Shown here: positions 1 to 10,174 of the stretch, in pieces
How positions within the stretch are numbered: the first letter of the stretch is position 1
Layout: each line of letters begins with the position of its first letter
Position numbers and translations under genes: made by a program
NCBI GenBank assembly: GCA_002321895.1
Contig: DCMZ01000015.1
Location: 80,136 to 144,135, forward strand
Length of the DNA stretch: 64,000 nt
Reading direction: 5' to 3'
Origin: Bdellovibrionaceae bacterium UBA1609
GTDB taxonomy: Bacteria; Bdellovibrionota; Bdellovibrionia; Bdellovibrionales; UBA1609
Notes under the pieces: model-generated
Databases searched by the model: none
Told to the model about the DNA's origin: nothing
The model's input: only the letters and a program-made list of their open reading frames with translations

Positions 1-1730
1 AAGGACTGCTGAAATCTGCGTTCCGCATTGTCCTGGTCCTTGCCTAGATCTTGATTAACATCATTCCCAATATCTACTTTAATTTGCTCAACATCTAGTT
101 TGTGCGAAGCCAATGTGGATTTAAGCTCACCCAATCCACGCTCAATCATCTTTTTAACGTGATTATTTTCAGTGACTAAATCCACGCTCACTTTACCGTT
201 TTCTACAGCCACTTTTACGTTTAATTCACCCATTCCCTCAGGTGTTAAACGCATCTTCATTTCACCACCGCCTTTTTTGATCAAAGCTTGGGTTTTGTTC
301 AAAATTTGATTTACGTTTTCGCCCTCTTCCATCTGTGAAGGCTCCGGATTCATTTTAATTTGGAAATTTTCACTGCCTTTTTTGCCGACGTTAAGATCTT
401 TTCCCATTTGGCCCAGGTTCATCATAGCATCGCTGCCTTCACCTTCACCGTCTGCCAGTGATTCTTCGGACGAACTCTGAGAATTGGCTCCCAATGCGGC
501 CAAGTTTAAACCTTCAGAGGAGGATGCATTCGCTGATTCTCCTACAACTGAAGTGGTTTTTAGATTACTACTTGTATTGTCCAAACCGTTCATTGCCAGT
601 TGCAATTTACCCAATAGATCATCGAAGGTTTGACCAGCACCTACAGCTCCTGATGATTGAGTCTGCACATCGGTCACTGTCGCTTCTTTGGCAATGGACT
701 GAGGAATGACGGCGTCCGCAACTTCCGTCTCAGGAGCTTGATTCATAACTTCATTGTACTGATGAGCCATGGCTAAAGAGGCCGCAGATTGAGTTTGTGG
801 CTTTGCTTTAGTCGCTGCTGTAGCACCAAAGAAAGAATTTTGCATTTTTGTGATCGACTCACTGGTTTCGCGCTTTTGTGCATCTCTTCGACTAAGGACT
901 TCTAGCGACAATTGACGATCAGAGGCCTTAAGATATTCGGCAAGAGTACCCGCTTCTGCCTTATTCATCATTTCGTTAAAGTACTGTTTCGCTTTTAGAG
1001 AGTCCGCGGGGTCCAAGTTCAGTTGCTCAACAACGTGGCCCACTGTTTCTCGAGCCGGTTCCCCGAGTTGCTCGGTGGAGAGTTGTGAAAATGCTTTTAC
1101 TAAATCAAGTGGCTCAACACCAAACTCTTGATTCATCTTATTCATAAAGTTTTGGATAGCCGCTCTTCGAGTCAATGGATCCACAATCTGATCCACTTTC
1201 ATCCCCATGCTATCTATCTTCTCAGACAAAGAGCTAATTAATGCGTCCGGTGAACTTTCTTCTAAAGTCGACCCCACCTTGACCGATGAAAGATTTGGGT
1301 GGAACTGTTCATTGACCGGAATAGGAGACAAAGAAGAATCCGCATAGGCAACTTTTTCCCGCTCCTCAATATTGGAGTCATTGCTAGGATTCGATTCTTC
1401 GCTGGAAGCCTGTCTTGATCTTCTATTATAAGTCGTCGCTTCTTTTCTCTCCGAACCGTAACTGCGTTTCTCTTTTTGCGACCGAGTACTAACTGTGTCC
1501 GATTTTTGCTCCTTTTCAGAGGAGCTAGCTTCTTGTTTTTTTGATTCTGGCTTGGACTTTTTCTCCAGTACTTTATTGAATGACTTTTCCGGATCTTTGG
1601 ATTGAGACGACTTCGAGGAATTGTCATTATAGGACTTTGGAGCTTCCACATTACGCGATGACAAAGCCCCTACATCTTTTGATGTATGACTAAGAGTATT
1701 TAATTTTGTCATCCCTGAGAGAGCGTTCAT
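1..1730 (-). CDS. fliK: Flagellar hook-length control protein FliK (runs off the window edge; absent from the ORF track)
   Basis: Read by hand: ATG at 1730 (alternative 1712) is in frame with the FliK C-terminal domain GGGEMKMRLTPEGMGELNVKVAVENGKVSVDLVTENNHVKKMIERGLGELKSTLASHKLDVEQIKVD near 70-275. Low-complexity charged N-terminus; lies downstream of the fliJ/motE genes. Confidence 0.9.
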   Translation of the reverse strand, partial: MNALSGMTKLNTLSHTSKDVGALSSRNVEAPKSYNDNSSKSSQSKDPEKSFNKVLEKKSKPESKKQEASSSEKEQKSDTVSTRSQKEKRSYGSERKEATTYNRRSRQASSEESNPSNDSNIEEREKVAYADSSLSPIPVNEQFHPNLSSVKVGSTLEESSPDALISSLSEKIDSMGMKVDQIVDPLTRRAAIQNFMNKMNQEFGVEPLDLVKAFSQLSTEQLGEPARETVGHVVEQLNLDPADSLKAKQYFNEMMNKAEAGTLAEYLKASDRQLSLEVLSRRDAQKRETSESITKMQNSFFGATAATKAKPQTQSAASLAMAHQYNEVMNQAPETEVADAVIPQSIAKEATVTDVQTQSSGAVGAGQTFDDLLGKLQLAMNGLDNTSSNLKTTSVVGESANASSSEGLNLAALGANSQSSSEESLADGEGEGSDAMMNLGQMGKDLNVGKKGSENFQIKMNPEPSQMEEGENVNQILNKTQALIKKGGGEMKMRLTPEGMGELNVKVAVENGKVSVDLVTENNHVKKMIERGLGELKSTLASHKLDVEQIKVDIGNDVNQDLGKDQDNAERRFQQS

Positions 1731-1823
1731 CCTGAACTATTCCTTCTTCTCTTGTTGAACTGATCTGTTAAGTGGGTCTTCCTATACCTTCTTCAGATCG
1801 AGCTCTATTCACTCTTTCTATTA

Positions 1824-1841
1824 ATGCAATTCGCTTACCAA
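1824..1841 (-). promoter_or_regulatory. sigma54 (-24/-12) promoter for fliK
   Basis: Minus strand reads TTGGTAA-GCGAA-TTGCAT, matching TGGCAC-N5-TTGC with correct spacing, about 95 nt upstream of fliK. Confidence 0.7.
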
Positions 1842-1970
1842 CTCATACGGTTAAAACCTGAATCTCTACCACCATAAAACCTCAACTCTAAATGCCAGTA
1901 ATTATTAGAAAATTAGCAATCACCTTAACCCATAAGCACTTTCCCTCGACCAAAGCCCCATTCCCTTGAG

Positions 1971-1983
1971 GGCATAATTTGCC
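1971..1983. promoter_or_regulatory. Putative enhancer-binding-protein site
   Basis: Palindrome GGCA-TAATT-TGCC about 130 bp upstream of the fliK sigma54 promoter; resembles FleQ-type GTCA-N5-TGAC boxes. Confidence 0.45.
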
Positions 1984-2040
1984 GTAATCCTCTTATAGAT
2001 TAGGATCAATATGCCTACGACCTTAGAAGGAATGGGATGT

Positions 2041-4386
2041 CTAGTTCGTTGGACAGGAAGCGCCGCCAGTGGCTGTACAAGTACCCAACCAGGTCATGTC
2101 TCCTGTGTTTTCATTAACGCTTCCGGGACTAGTGATTGTAACGTTATCAATATTAGAAAAGTTAAACGCTCCTAAATCAAAAACTCCGTCAACCACTTCT
2201 AGATGATGACCTGTTCCTTGAAAGGTCACATTGGTAAGTAGCGATACGCCCACCGGGTTATTTACGGTCATTAAACTACCGGGAAATAGAGCTTCATTAT
2301 TTTGCGTTATAGTTTGCCCACTTGTACCCATTAACTGAATATTTGTGGTTCCTCCACCGGCGCAATTTTGAGCGGTTTGAACTAAGTCAACGCAGTTGAA
2401 AGTAAGATCACCCATTACATTCAAAGATCCCTCTAAAAGTGCACCATCGTCCACCGTGAGGTCTCCCTCTAATACAGGAACATTCGGCCCTTGAATCCAA
2501 ATACGGGCCTGATTGTATCCACCAGAATCACTGATATCGTCCACATCAATTACCAAATTATTCAATGTCAGAGCGGCCTGAGCATTAATGCCGCCGGTTT
2601 TCCCTTGGTTGTATGAGGACGCAGAAGAGTAGCTGGAATGCCAAGCCAATGTCACCGTTCCACTATTGTGCGTATAGCTTCCACCAACTATATAGAAGCC
2701 GTTGCGATTGTCCGTTGCATTGGCTCCGTGCACCCATCCGCTCAAACGAAAATTACCGGAAGGAGCTATAAAGTTACCAGAGTTCAAAGTGAACTTTTGA
2801 GCATTTAAGTCTGTACCGACAACCGCCACTTCACTGGATCCGGAGTCAATATAGAGGTGAGGCGCTCTTCCCTCTCCCTGAGTCGTTATTGGTTGAGATG
2901 CTCCTGTTTTTCCCAACATTATCACTCGAGCGCTGCCACCACTCGCACAACGCTGACCCGATAGCGTCGAATCCGCACAATTTATAACATAATCTCCCGA
3001 GAGATATATTGTGCCGCTACCGGAAAGCGAACCATCGTGAACAATGAGCTGATTAGTAACAGTCACTGTGTCTGTAGTTGAAACCACGACGTTCGCCTGC
3101 CCGTAGCCCCCATCCACCTGAGTGTCGTCCACATTGATCACTAGGTTATAAAAGTCCGTGGCCGTATCAACATACAAACCACCGATGTTACCGTTATTTC
3201 TTGAACCACTAGAGTTATATGGGGAATCCCATGCCATTTCTATGGTTCCATTATTATGAATAAAAGTTCCCGATTGAATAACGAAGGCATCCTCATAAGT
3301 GTAGGCATCCCCGTTACTCACGGTTCCTGATAAACTCATAGTCCCAGAAGTGGAAGTGAACTGTCCGTCATAGAGTCTAAATTTGAGATGATTGATCACC
3401 CCATCACTACCAACGAACGTGCCTCCGTACTGCCGCCAGTGGCTACCACGCGTTGTAATAGATACTCCCGACTGTTGGGTTATGGTTCCCGTATAGTCAC
3501 TCGTCATATAAACGCCTGCCACATCAATATCTGTATTAATATCCACATCACAGTTAGCTCCGCAAATATTATCAAAACGAGCCAGTTGGCTGGAATTCGG
3601 AGCCGCTCCCCCAGGACAAGCTCCATCAGCAATGACACCACACCAGTTATCTCCATTATCCCAATTGGAATCTGAACCGTTACCTGTCCAGGTAAAGGCG
3701 GTAACCACATTCACTGTCACAGTAGCCGTGTCCTGGCCCCCCTTATTATTTTCAATAGTATAAGTAAATGTGTCTGAACCGTAGAATCCAGAATTGGGTG
3801 TATAGTCTATAGATGATCCATTAAGCACAGCATTTCCGTTTGTACCGTTAGTCACAGAAAGTACATTTATGGGGCCGTTAACGGGGTCAAACAAATCATT
3901 ATCTAAAACAGGTATTGACACTAATGTATCGACCGCGGTGTACACAGAGTCCGACTTAGCTTCTGGCGCCGGTGGAATAGCTACATTCACCTCATAGGTA
4001 AACGTCTTCCCTTCATACGTTAAAACAATGGAACCCGACCCCACATTATAGGTATGTAACGTGGCCGACCTTCCCCCATTATTGATATTTAGATCTGCAA
4101 ACGATCCATTTAAAGACCAGTTCACCATGGGGTTCTCTGTAGTGACCTCACTGGATCCTTCAGATCTCAGAATGGCATGAATGGTCATATCCGGAGAGAT
4201 GGTGTAAAGATTTATGGATTCAAATCGTTCTCCAGAACCATCGCCATTTGATTCCAGATAGATGGTGTAATTGCTTTTGCTACTATCGTCTGTAAGCATG
4301 TCACCAGACAGACCAATTGCATTGCACCCAATGATAAATTGGGAAAAAAACAATATTGAAATAACATTAACAATTACGTTCCGCAT
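2041..4386 (-). CDS. Large lipoprotein: Ig-like domain + cadherin-like/Big_9 domain + repetitive beta-solenoid region (putative adhesin)
   Basis: Lipobox FIIGC; Big_9-type motif (VLDND...YTPNSGFYGSDTFTYTI...DTATVTVNV); FTWTG...NWCG cap; two ~190-aa internal repeats containing F-x-H-N-x-G and NL-x-I-x-V. Confidence 0.75.
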   Translation of the reverse strand: MRNVIVNVISILFFSQFIIGCNAIGLSGDMLTDDSSKSNYTIYLESNGDGSGERFESINLYTISPDMTIHAILRSEGSSEVTTENPMVNWSLNGSFADLNINNGGRSATLHTYNVGSGSIVLTYEGKTFTYEVNVAIPPAPEAKSDSVYTAVDTLVSIPVLDNDLFDPVNGPINVLSVTNGTNGNAVLNGSSIDYTPNSGFYGSDTFTYTIENNKGGQDTATVTVNVVTAFTWTGNGSDSNWDNGDNWCGVIADGACPGGAAPNSSQLARFDNICGANCDVDINTDIDVAGVYMTSDYTGTITQQSGVSITTRGSHWRQYGGTFVGSDGVINHLKFRLYDGQFTSTSGTMSLSGTVSNGDAYTYEDAFVIQSGTFIHNNGTIEMAWDSPYNSSGSRNNGNIGGLYVDTATDFYNLVINVDDTQVDGGYGQANVVVSTTDTVTVTNQLIVHDGSLSGSGTIYLSGDYVINCADSTLSGQRCASGGSARVIMLGKTGASQPITTQGEGRAPHLYIDSGSSEVAVVGTDLNAQKFTLNSGNFIAPSGNFRLSGWVHGANATDNRNGFYIVGGSYTHNSGTVTLAWHSSYSSASSYNQGKTGGINAQAALTLNNLVIDVDDISDSGGYNQARIWIQGPNVPVLEGDLTVDDGALLEGSLNVMGDLTFNCVDLVQTAQNCAGGGTTNIQLMGTSGQTITQNNEALFPGSLMTVNNPVGVSLLTNVTFQGTGHHLEVVDGVFDLGAFNFSNIDNVTITSPGSVNENTGDMTWLGTCTATGGASCPTN

Positions 4387-4393
4387 AATATTA

Positions 4394-4421
4394 TGATCGG
4401 CAGTAGCCTGACCCGACTAAA
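4394..4421 (-). promoter_or_regulatory. sigma28 (FliA)-like promoter, apparently leaderless
   Basis: TTTAG-N15-GCCGATCA ends 7 nt before the ATG at 4386; no Shine-Dalgarno in between. Confidence 0.65.
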
Positions 4422-4556
4422 GACCTAGCGGCATCTATGAGGACTTATTCATATTTATCAATTCAACTTATTTAGACGAGAGCCCCGTCTTTTTACTCTG
4501 GAGGGAAATATGAACAAATTCCCACAAAACTGTGAAGTTCAAATCATTCTATTACT

Positions 4557-7415
4557 CTAAGGGTTAATGATAGATCCCGGCGTTTGGTTGATAGATCCGC
4601 TAACACTTAATGAATATGCATTTAAATTTAGAGTTCCGTTTTGCAGAAATGTTAGGTCTTGAGTGCCAGTTTGTAATGTAATATTGGATTGGGCTTCCAC
4701 TGTCCCCGCTGATTTATCAATATAGAGAACACTCCCAGGGATAGAGCTACTAACAGTTTGAGTGACATTTTGAGTGCCTGTACCGTTAAGATAAATAGAC
4801 GTCGTTCCTCCATAGAAGCAATCGGTTGAGCCAGCACCACCGGTACATCTCACATCTAAATTCTTTTGAGCATTTATCTGGCCCCCGTTTACGATACCAT
4901 CGTAGAGTGTAAGCTGATTCTCCACATTCAAGGTATCTCCTGCGGCGATGGTCATATAGTCGGCTGTACCTGTCGTGTACACATCACTCACATCAATATT
5001 TAGATTGTAAAAATCTACACTCGAGTCCACATCCACATAAAATCCTTGGGTTCCACTTCTGTAGTGTGAGCGAAATTTGGTAGTACCATTGTTATGAATA
5101 AATGTAGCTCCAGAGGCGACTACAAATCCATCCGATCTATTGCAGCCATACATCCCTAAGTCTTGTGAGCCATTTCCGCAAAGATAATTTAAATTAAGCA
5201 GGCCAGTAGGAGCCGTGAAGCTTCCCGCTAGAATTGTGAGCCCTCCAATAGATAAATCAGTGGTTAAAGCCGCTGGCGAGAACGAGAAGCTGCCAGAAGG
5301 ATTGATGATTAATCTTGGTGCACCACCACCACTTTCAAAGGCGTAGGTTTTGTTTGTCGTGCCGACCCATTCAAGATAAGTGGATCCATAATGTGAGCAA
5401 CTGTCCGCGCTAGCACATTGGATATCTAGGTTTCCCATAAATTGGATGTTGCCATTATGGAAGGTCCCTCGGCTTAAACTCAGGTCATTTTCCACTAAGA
5501 TTTGGCCAGCGCCTTCCACAGAAACATAAGACAACTCTCTGGAAGGAACATTTTCAGCCACAGATATTCCTAAGTTATATAAGCTGAGAGGGAGTTCAGC
5601 TCTTAAAGTAGAAGTGGCCGCATCCCCAGGGTAGCTAGCATTCCCGGCGAAATATTTATAACCTTTAATAGTCACACGACCATTATTGTGATTAATAGTA
5701 CCCGCTTCGTAGTGTAAACCGGAATTACTGCTACAATCGACATTATGAGTGCTTGTTAGATTGCAATTGCTCACTCCAAGTTGAAAGTTTCCTGTAGGCA
5801 TATTAAAGGTTCCATTTTTCACAATAAGAGCTGTTGCATGCATATTGGTAACTCCGGCAGCGGGGGAAACTGTGCTGGTGGTGTTGATCACAATCTCCGG
5901 TGCCTTAGCGCCATCTCCAAAGTGAATTTCGCGAGGGGAACTGGACACCATATGAATTTGAGTGTTTCCTCCGTTGGCCTTAACATTTGAATTGGTATAG
6001 CCAATATGTAAATCCCCATGAACGTGGTAAATACCTTCCCACATGACTCCTTCTTCAATAGTCATATCACTTAAAACAGTGATAACGGCCGAACTAGGTG
6101 TAGTTCGAACTCCTGAATTGTTATATGTAGCAGTGTATTCACCAAGGTCGACAATCAACTCATTAAGTGTCAACGGGTTATCCGAATGAACAAGCATGGA
6201 AACAGTTTTGGAAGAATTAGCCGTTCGGGCCATAGCTCGATACTCTACGACTCCATTGTTGTGGTTGAATACAGCGGAGTCTTTTACAACAAAACCTTCT
6301 TGGCTAGCACAGACAGAACAGGTACCACCTTTGTCTAACCCCGCCTCAAGAGTTCCTGAGGTGGAGTCGAAGATGGCATCACCGGAAATTTCAAAGTAGC
6401 CATTTATATCAATTTTAGCATCAGAGCCTACAAAGCGACCGGACTCCATATAGAAGTGATTGGTTCCAACCGTTACGGGAATTCCTGAAGCCTGAGTGAT
6501 GGTTCCGTTATAAGCGCTGCTTATTCTGACGCCCTTGATGTCTACACTAGAATCAATAGCCACATCACAGCTTGGACAAATCTCAGTAAACTTAGCTGTA
6601 TTACCAGTGCCGGGAGGTCCAATATCGTATTGGCATTCTCCAGATGAAATGGAACCACACCAGTTTTGGGAATTAGACCAATTGGTATTGGAGCCAGCCC
6701 CTACCCAAGTGTAGGCATCGGCGACCATGACATTCACTGTAGCTGTATCCTGACTCAATCCATCACTTATGGTGTAGGTAAAAGAATCAAGTCCAATGAA
6801 ATCTGCCACTGGGGTATAGGTAATTGTGGAGTCCCCATTTATTACGACTACGCCGTTAGCTCCATCGGTTTTGGCTGAAATATTCAGCGTATTATTGTCT
6901 GTGTCGTTGTCGAGAACAGCGAATGTACTGGCAATATTTTTCTCAACGGTTATTGAGTCATCAATGGCATCCGGAGCAGGATCAAAAGTGACCGGACTGA
7001 TCATGGGCTGAGACGGCCGATTCCAAGATCCATCCGAACCCACAACATCTTTCAAATCCAAAGAAGGAATAATTGTTCCAGGAGTCGCCGCCGACATTGC
7101 CCTTACAATAACCACGTATTTTGTTGAAGCGCTGGATATAGACCAAACCACTCCTGTTGCCGTACCGGACTGCTTAATATCCTCGACACCGAGAGAGGAG
7201 AGATTAATCGGCTTACTAAACTTGAATTTAAAAATGATGGGGAAGGTAGCCGTTTCTTCAGCCTGAGAGTCATCTTTCTCTACGACCACATCAAAATAGT
7301 ATTTCGGATCATTGGCTGCGAGCTCACCAGTGAGAGGAGTTTCCTCAAAGCAACCCAGTAAGAAAATATATGAAAAGCAAGCCAAAGTGGCCAAAATCAA
7401 TTTACGTACGACCAT
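4557..7415 (-). CDS. Large lipoprotein, paralogue of 2041..4386 with a different N-terminal Ig-like domain and three beta-solenoid repeats
   Basis: Lipobox FLLGC; PIIFKFKFSKPI Ig-like segment; Big_9 motif (VLDNDTD...YTPVADFIGLDSFTYTISDG); YTWVG...NWCG cap; three H-N-N-G repeat units. Confidence 0.75.
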   Translation of the reverse strand: MVVRKLILATLACFSYIFLLGCFEETPLTGELAANDPKYYFDVVVEKDDSQAEETATFPIIFKFKFSKPINLSSLGVEDIKQSGTATGVVWSISSASTKYVVIVRAMSAATPGTIIPSLDLKDVVGSDGSWNRPSQPMISPVTFDPAPDAIDDSITVEKNIASTFAVLDNDTDNNTLNISAKTDGANGVVVINGDSTITYTPVADFIGLDSFTYTISDGLSQDTATVNVMVADAYTWVGAGSNTNWSNSQNWCGSISSGECQYDIGPPGTGNTAKFTEICPSCDVAIDSSVDIKGVRISSAYNGTITQASGIPVTVGTNHFYMESGRFVGSDAKIDINGYFEISGDAIFDSTSGTLEAGLDKGGTCSVCASQEGFVVKDSAVFNHNNGVVEYRAMARTANSSKTVSMLVHSDNPLTLNELIVDLGEYTATYNNSGVRTTPSSAVITVLSDMTIEEGVMWEGIYHVHGDLHIGYTNSNVKANGGNTQIHMVSSSPREIHFGDGAKAPEIVINTTSTVSPAAGVTNMHATALIVKNGTFNMPTGNFQLGVSNCNLTSTHNVDCSSNSGLHYEAGTINHNNGRVTIKGYKYFAGNASYPGDAATSTLRAELPLSLYNLGISVAENVPSRELSYVSVEGAGQILVENDLSLSRGTFHNGNIQFMGNLDIQCASADSCSHYGSTYLEWVGTTNKTYAFESGGGAPRLIINPSGSFSFSPAALTTDLSIGGLTILAGSFTAPTGLLNLNYLCGNGSQDLGMYGCNRSDGFVVASGATFIHNNGTTKFRSHYRSGTQGFYVDVDSSVDFYNLNIDVSDVYTTGTADYMTIAAGDTLNVENQLTLYDGIVNGGQINAQKNLDVRCTGGAGSTDCFYGGTTSIYLNGTGTQNVTQTVSSSIPGSVLYIDKSAGTVEAQSNITLQTGTQDLTFLQNGTLNLNAYSLSVSGSINQTPGSIINP

Positions 7416-7425
7416 TATATTAGAC

Positions 7426-7453
7426 GTATCGGGATCGACTGGCCCTTAGTTGA
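7426..7453 (-). promoter_or_regulatory. sigma28-like promoter, near-leaderless
   Basis: TCAA-N16-CCCGATAC ends 10 nt before the ATG at 7415. Confidence 0.65.
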
Positions 7454-7546
7454 GGTAAATACTATGAGATAATCTTCATAATTCTCAATTTAAGACGTCT
7501 CGTTTTGATAAAAAATGAAATTCGTAGACAGTGGGATACAATCCGT

Positions 7547-8377
7547 CTACTTCCTACGGTACCCGGCGAACTTTTCGGAGAGATTTTGTGCCTTTTTAGG
7601 TTCCAGCAAATTCATAATTGCCGCTGCATTTTTCTTCTTCATATTTCCAAGTATTTCCACAGCTAACTCTTCATCAATATCCATAAGAACCTTAGCGGCA
7701 CTTTTAGGTTTCATATTGGAGTAGAAATCCACAAGTTTTGCAATTTTCTCTTCATCAACCGTCTTCTTTTCTTTGAGCGTCGCAGCGATTTGATCTCTGA
7801 TTTTCTGAAGCTCTCCGATTCGTTTTTCTATCTCTACTTTTTGCTTATGTAGCTCTTCTTCAAGTTTTACGAGACTCTCTTCTCTTTGATCCAGTTCTTC
7901 TTTTCTTTGGTTCAATTTTTTAAAATAACTCATATCTTCAGAGGACACTGAAGCCTTATTTTCAGTCGTTTCTGCTGGTTTCTCCACTTTAGCAGTCTCA
8001 TCTTTTGGAGCCGCCGCGGGAGGTGCCGCCGCTTCCTGCGCCTGGGATTGGCCAAAGAAGGAAATCTCAACTTTCTCCATGCTATCCACTAAATACTCTG
8101 GGTAAAGAAATCCTAAACCAGCAAAAACCATCCCCATTAAACACGAGGCAATCAAGGCCGCTGGTGGTTTTGATTCTTTTCGCTTTTGTTGTTTTCTCAA
8201 TTCAGATTTTTTAACTAATAGTTCACGCAGTTGCTTTTCAGCAGAAGTAGCCGGTGCGGCAGCTTGAGCATCAGCTCGCTTATGTCCTCGATCTGGAATT
8301 TTCACCCTTTGTCTTTGATTGACTTTGGTCTTGTTGGCCGATTTGGCTTTCTTAAAAAAATCATCATATCCAGACAT
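7547..8377 (-). CDS. MotE/FlbB-like flagellar protein (TM segment, coiled coil, MgtE_N-like C-terminal domain)
   Basis: One hydrophobic segment, long coiled coil, C-terminal KLVDFYSNMKPKSAAKVL...AVEILGNMKKKNAAAIM; directly after fliJ. Confidence 0.75.
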   Translation of the reverse strand: MSGYDDFFKKAKSANKTKVNQRQRVKIPDRGHKRADAQAAAPATSAEKQLRELLVKKSELRKQQKRKESKPPAALIASCLMGMVFAGLGFLYPEYLVDSMEKVEISFFGQSQAQEAAAPPAAAPKDETAKVEKPAETTENKASVSSEDMSYFKKLNQRKEELDQREESLVKLEEELHKQKVEIEKRIGELQKIRDQIAATLKEKKTVDEEKIAKLVDFYSNMKPKSAAKVLMDIDEELAVEILGNMKKKNAAAIMNLLEPKKAQNLSEKFAGYRRK

Positions 8378-8399
8378 GTTTTCGCTCTTCCTTGAACTA

Positions 8400-8837
8400 T
8401 TACTTCCGATTTCTCATTATTATTATATCATCAAGGCGCTTTTCAGCCTTCTTTTTTTCCTTGAGTCGGTACTCCTTTAGCCTTTTATCGCGCAAGACCT
8501 CAATTTTTTTATACTCTTGTCTTGCCGCTATCATGGCCCTTTTCCGGTCTTCGACCACTTCCATTTGCTCCCTAGCCACAACTTGAAGATTAGCTATTTT
8601 CTGCTGGGCGCCTTTAATATATCCCGTACAGTACTCCAGTTGAGATAGCACTAACCCACCCTGGGACTGAGTCCTAGCCATATCATCGCGGGTATCTACA
8701 ATATTTTTTTCTTGTTCTTTAATTTTCTGAATGGTCAAAGTGAGCTCGCCCATCGCCTCTGCATAGGATTTTTTTGCAAGATCTTCTGCATATTTGTTCT
8801 TTTTTAGCAAAGCTTCTAAGGAAAATTTAAATGCCAT
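8400..8837 (-). CDS. fliJ: Flagellar export protein FliJ
   Basis: N-terminal FKFSLEALL, coiled coil, C-terminal EKRLDD; follows fliI. Confidence 0.9.
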   Translation of the reverse strand: MAFKFSLEALLKKNKYAEDLAKKSYAEAMGELTLTIQKIKEQEKNIVDTRDDMARTQSQGGLVLSQLEYCTGYIKGAQQKIANLQVVAREQMEVVEDRKRAMIAARQEYKKIEVLRDKRLKEYRLKEKKKAEKRLDDIIIMRNRK

Positions 8838-8842
8838 AGCAA

Positions 8843-10174
8843 CTAACTTCCAGCAATCCTCATCAATTGATGAATGGATTCAGTGTAGTTGGAACCCTCT
8901 TCTATATCCTGTTTTAAAAAAGAGATAACAGCATCACGGTTTCGAACGGCATCATCCAACACCGGATTAGCTCCCTCTTGGTAAGCACCAATATTAATGA
9001 TATCTTCGGCTTCTTCATAATGAGCCAGCCAGTTTTTAATTTGTACGGCAGAACGTTGATGCTCTTTCTCCGTAACACTTAACATCACTCGACTGGCGCT
9101 CTGTAGAATATCGATTGCTGGAAAGTGTCCCCGATGGGCCAACCGTCGACTTAAAACAATGTGCCCGTCAACAATCGAACGAATGGTATCCCCGATGGGA
9201 TCATCCATATCATCCCCTTCTACAAGCACCGTGTAGAGCCCGGTAATACTTCCTCCCTGCTCAAACTGTCCTGCTCTTTCCAAGAGCTTGGGTAAAAGTG
9301 AAAATACACTGGGCGTATAACCACGCATGGTGGGTGGCTCACCTAAATTCAGACCAATCTCCCTTTGCGCCATTGCAAAACGAGTGGCCGAGTCCATCAT
9401 GAACAATACATCTTGGCCTTGAGCACTGAACGATTCCGCAATGGTCTTTGCGTAAAACGCAGCGCGGGTACGCATAAGTGGACTCTGATCAGAAGTGGCA
9501 ACAACAATCACTGATCGCGCCAATCCCTCTGGGCCAAGAATATTTTCAATAAACTCTCGAACCTCTCGTCCCCTCTCTCCAATTAAGGCAATCACATTGA
9601 CATCGGCAGTGGAGTTTTTGGCCATCATTCCAAGGAGCACAGATTTACCAACACCCGAGCCGGCCATAATTCCCACTCGCTGCCCTTTGCCAAGAGTGTT
9701 TAAAGCATCTATGGCTCGAACACCCAGACTCATAGGCTCTCTAATGGGAGGCCGAGAAAGTGGATTTACGCCCACATTATATAGGCTAGCATCTTTCCCA
9801 GAAAAAATGCTTCCCTTCCCATCAATGGATCTACCCAACCCATCTACCACTCGTCCAATGAGCTCATCACCCACAGGAACTCGCGGCTGGATACGGTGTA
9901 ATATGATTTTAGATCCATGACCTATAGATTCAAAATCCTCTAATGGCATTAGAAACACTTCTCTAGAAGCAAAACCGATGACTTCAGCCAAATAAGACTT
10001 TCTCCCATAAAGACTTTGAATCTTACAAAGACTACCTACACTGGCACCCGGAACAATACCTTTAATAAGAAACCCTCGGACTTCCGTCACCTTACCCACA
10101 TCCTCTGTGGGCTTTTGGATTTCTAGTCGATCTCTGTACTTTTCAAAATCAATCGATGTGGGCATCTTATTCAT
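8843..10174 (-). CDS. fliI: Flagellum-specific ATPase FliI
   Basis: Walker A AGSGVGKS, ALIGERGREV, DSATRFAMAQREIG. Confidence 0.97.
   Translation of the reverse strand: MNKMPTSIDFEKYRDRLEIQKPTEDVGKVTEVRGFLIKGIVPGASVGSLCKIQSLYGRKSYLAEVIGFASREVFLMPLEDFESIGHGSKIILHRIQPRVPVGDELIGRVVDGLGRSIDGKGSIFSGKDASLYNVGVNPLSRPPIREPMSLGVRAIDALNTLGKGQRVGIMAGSGVGKSVLLGMMAKNSTADVNVIALIGERGREVREFIENILGPEGLARSVIVVATSDQSPLMRTRAAFYAKTIAESFSAQGQDVLFMMDSATRFAMAQREIGLNLGEPPTMRGYTPSVFSLLPKLLERAGQFEQGGSITGLYTVLVEGDDMDDPIGDTIRSIVDGHIVLSRRLAHRGHFPAIDILQSASRVMLSVTEKEHQRSAVQIKNWLAHYEEAEDIINIGAYQEGANPVLDDAVRNRDAVISFLKQDIEEGSNYTESIHQLMRIAGS

Noticed and set aside
458-1651. ORF-track entries 458..709(+) and 1262..1651(-)
   Set aside because: Both lie inside fliK, antisense or out of frame; the fliK frame explains the region.
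2041-7415. Autotransporters or chaperone-cleaved trimeric fibre adhesins
   Set aside because: No C-terminal beta-barrel or S74-type chaperone domain was recognisable; the proteins have lipoboxes instead.
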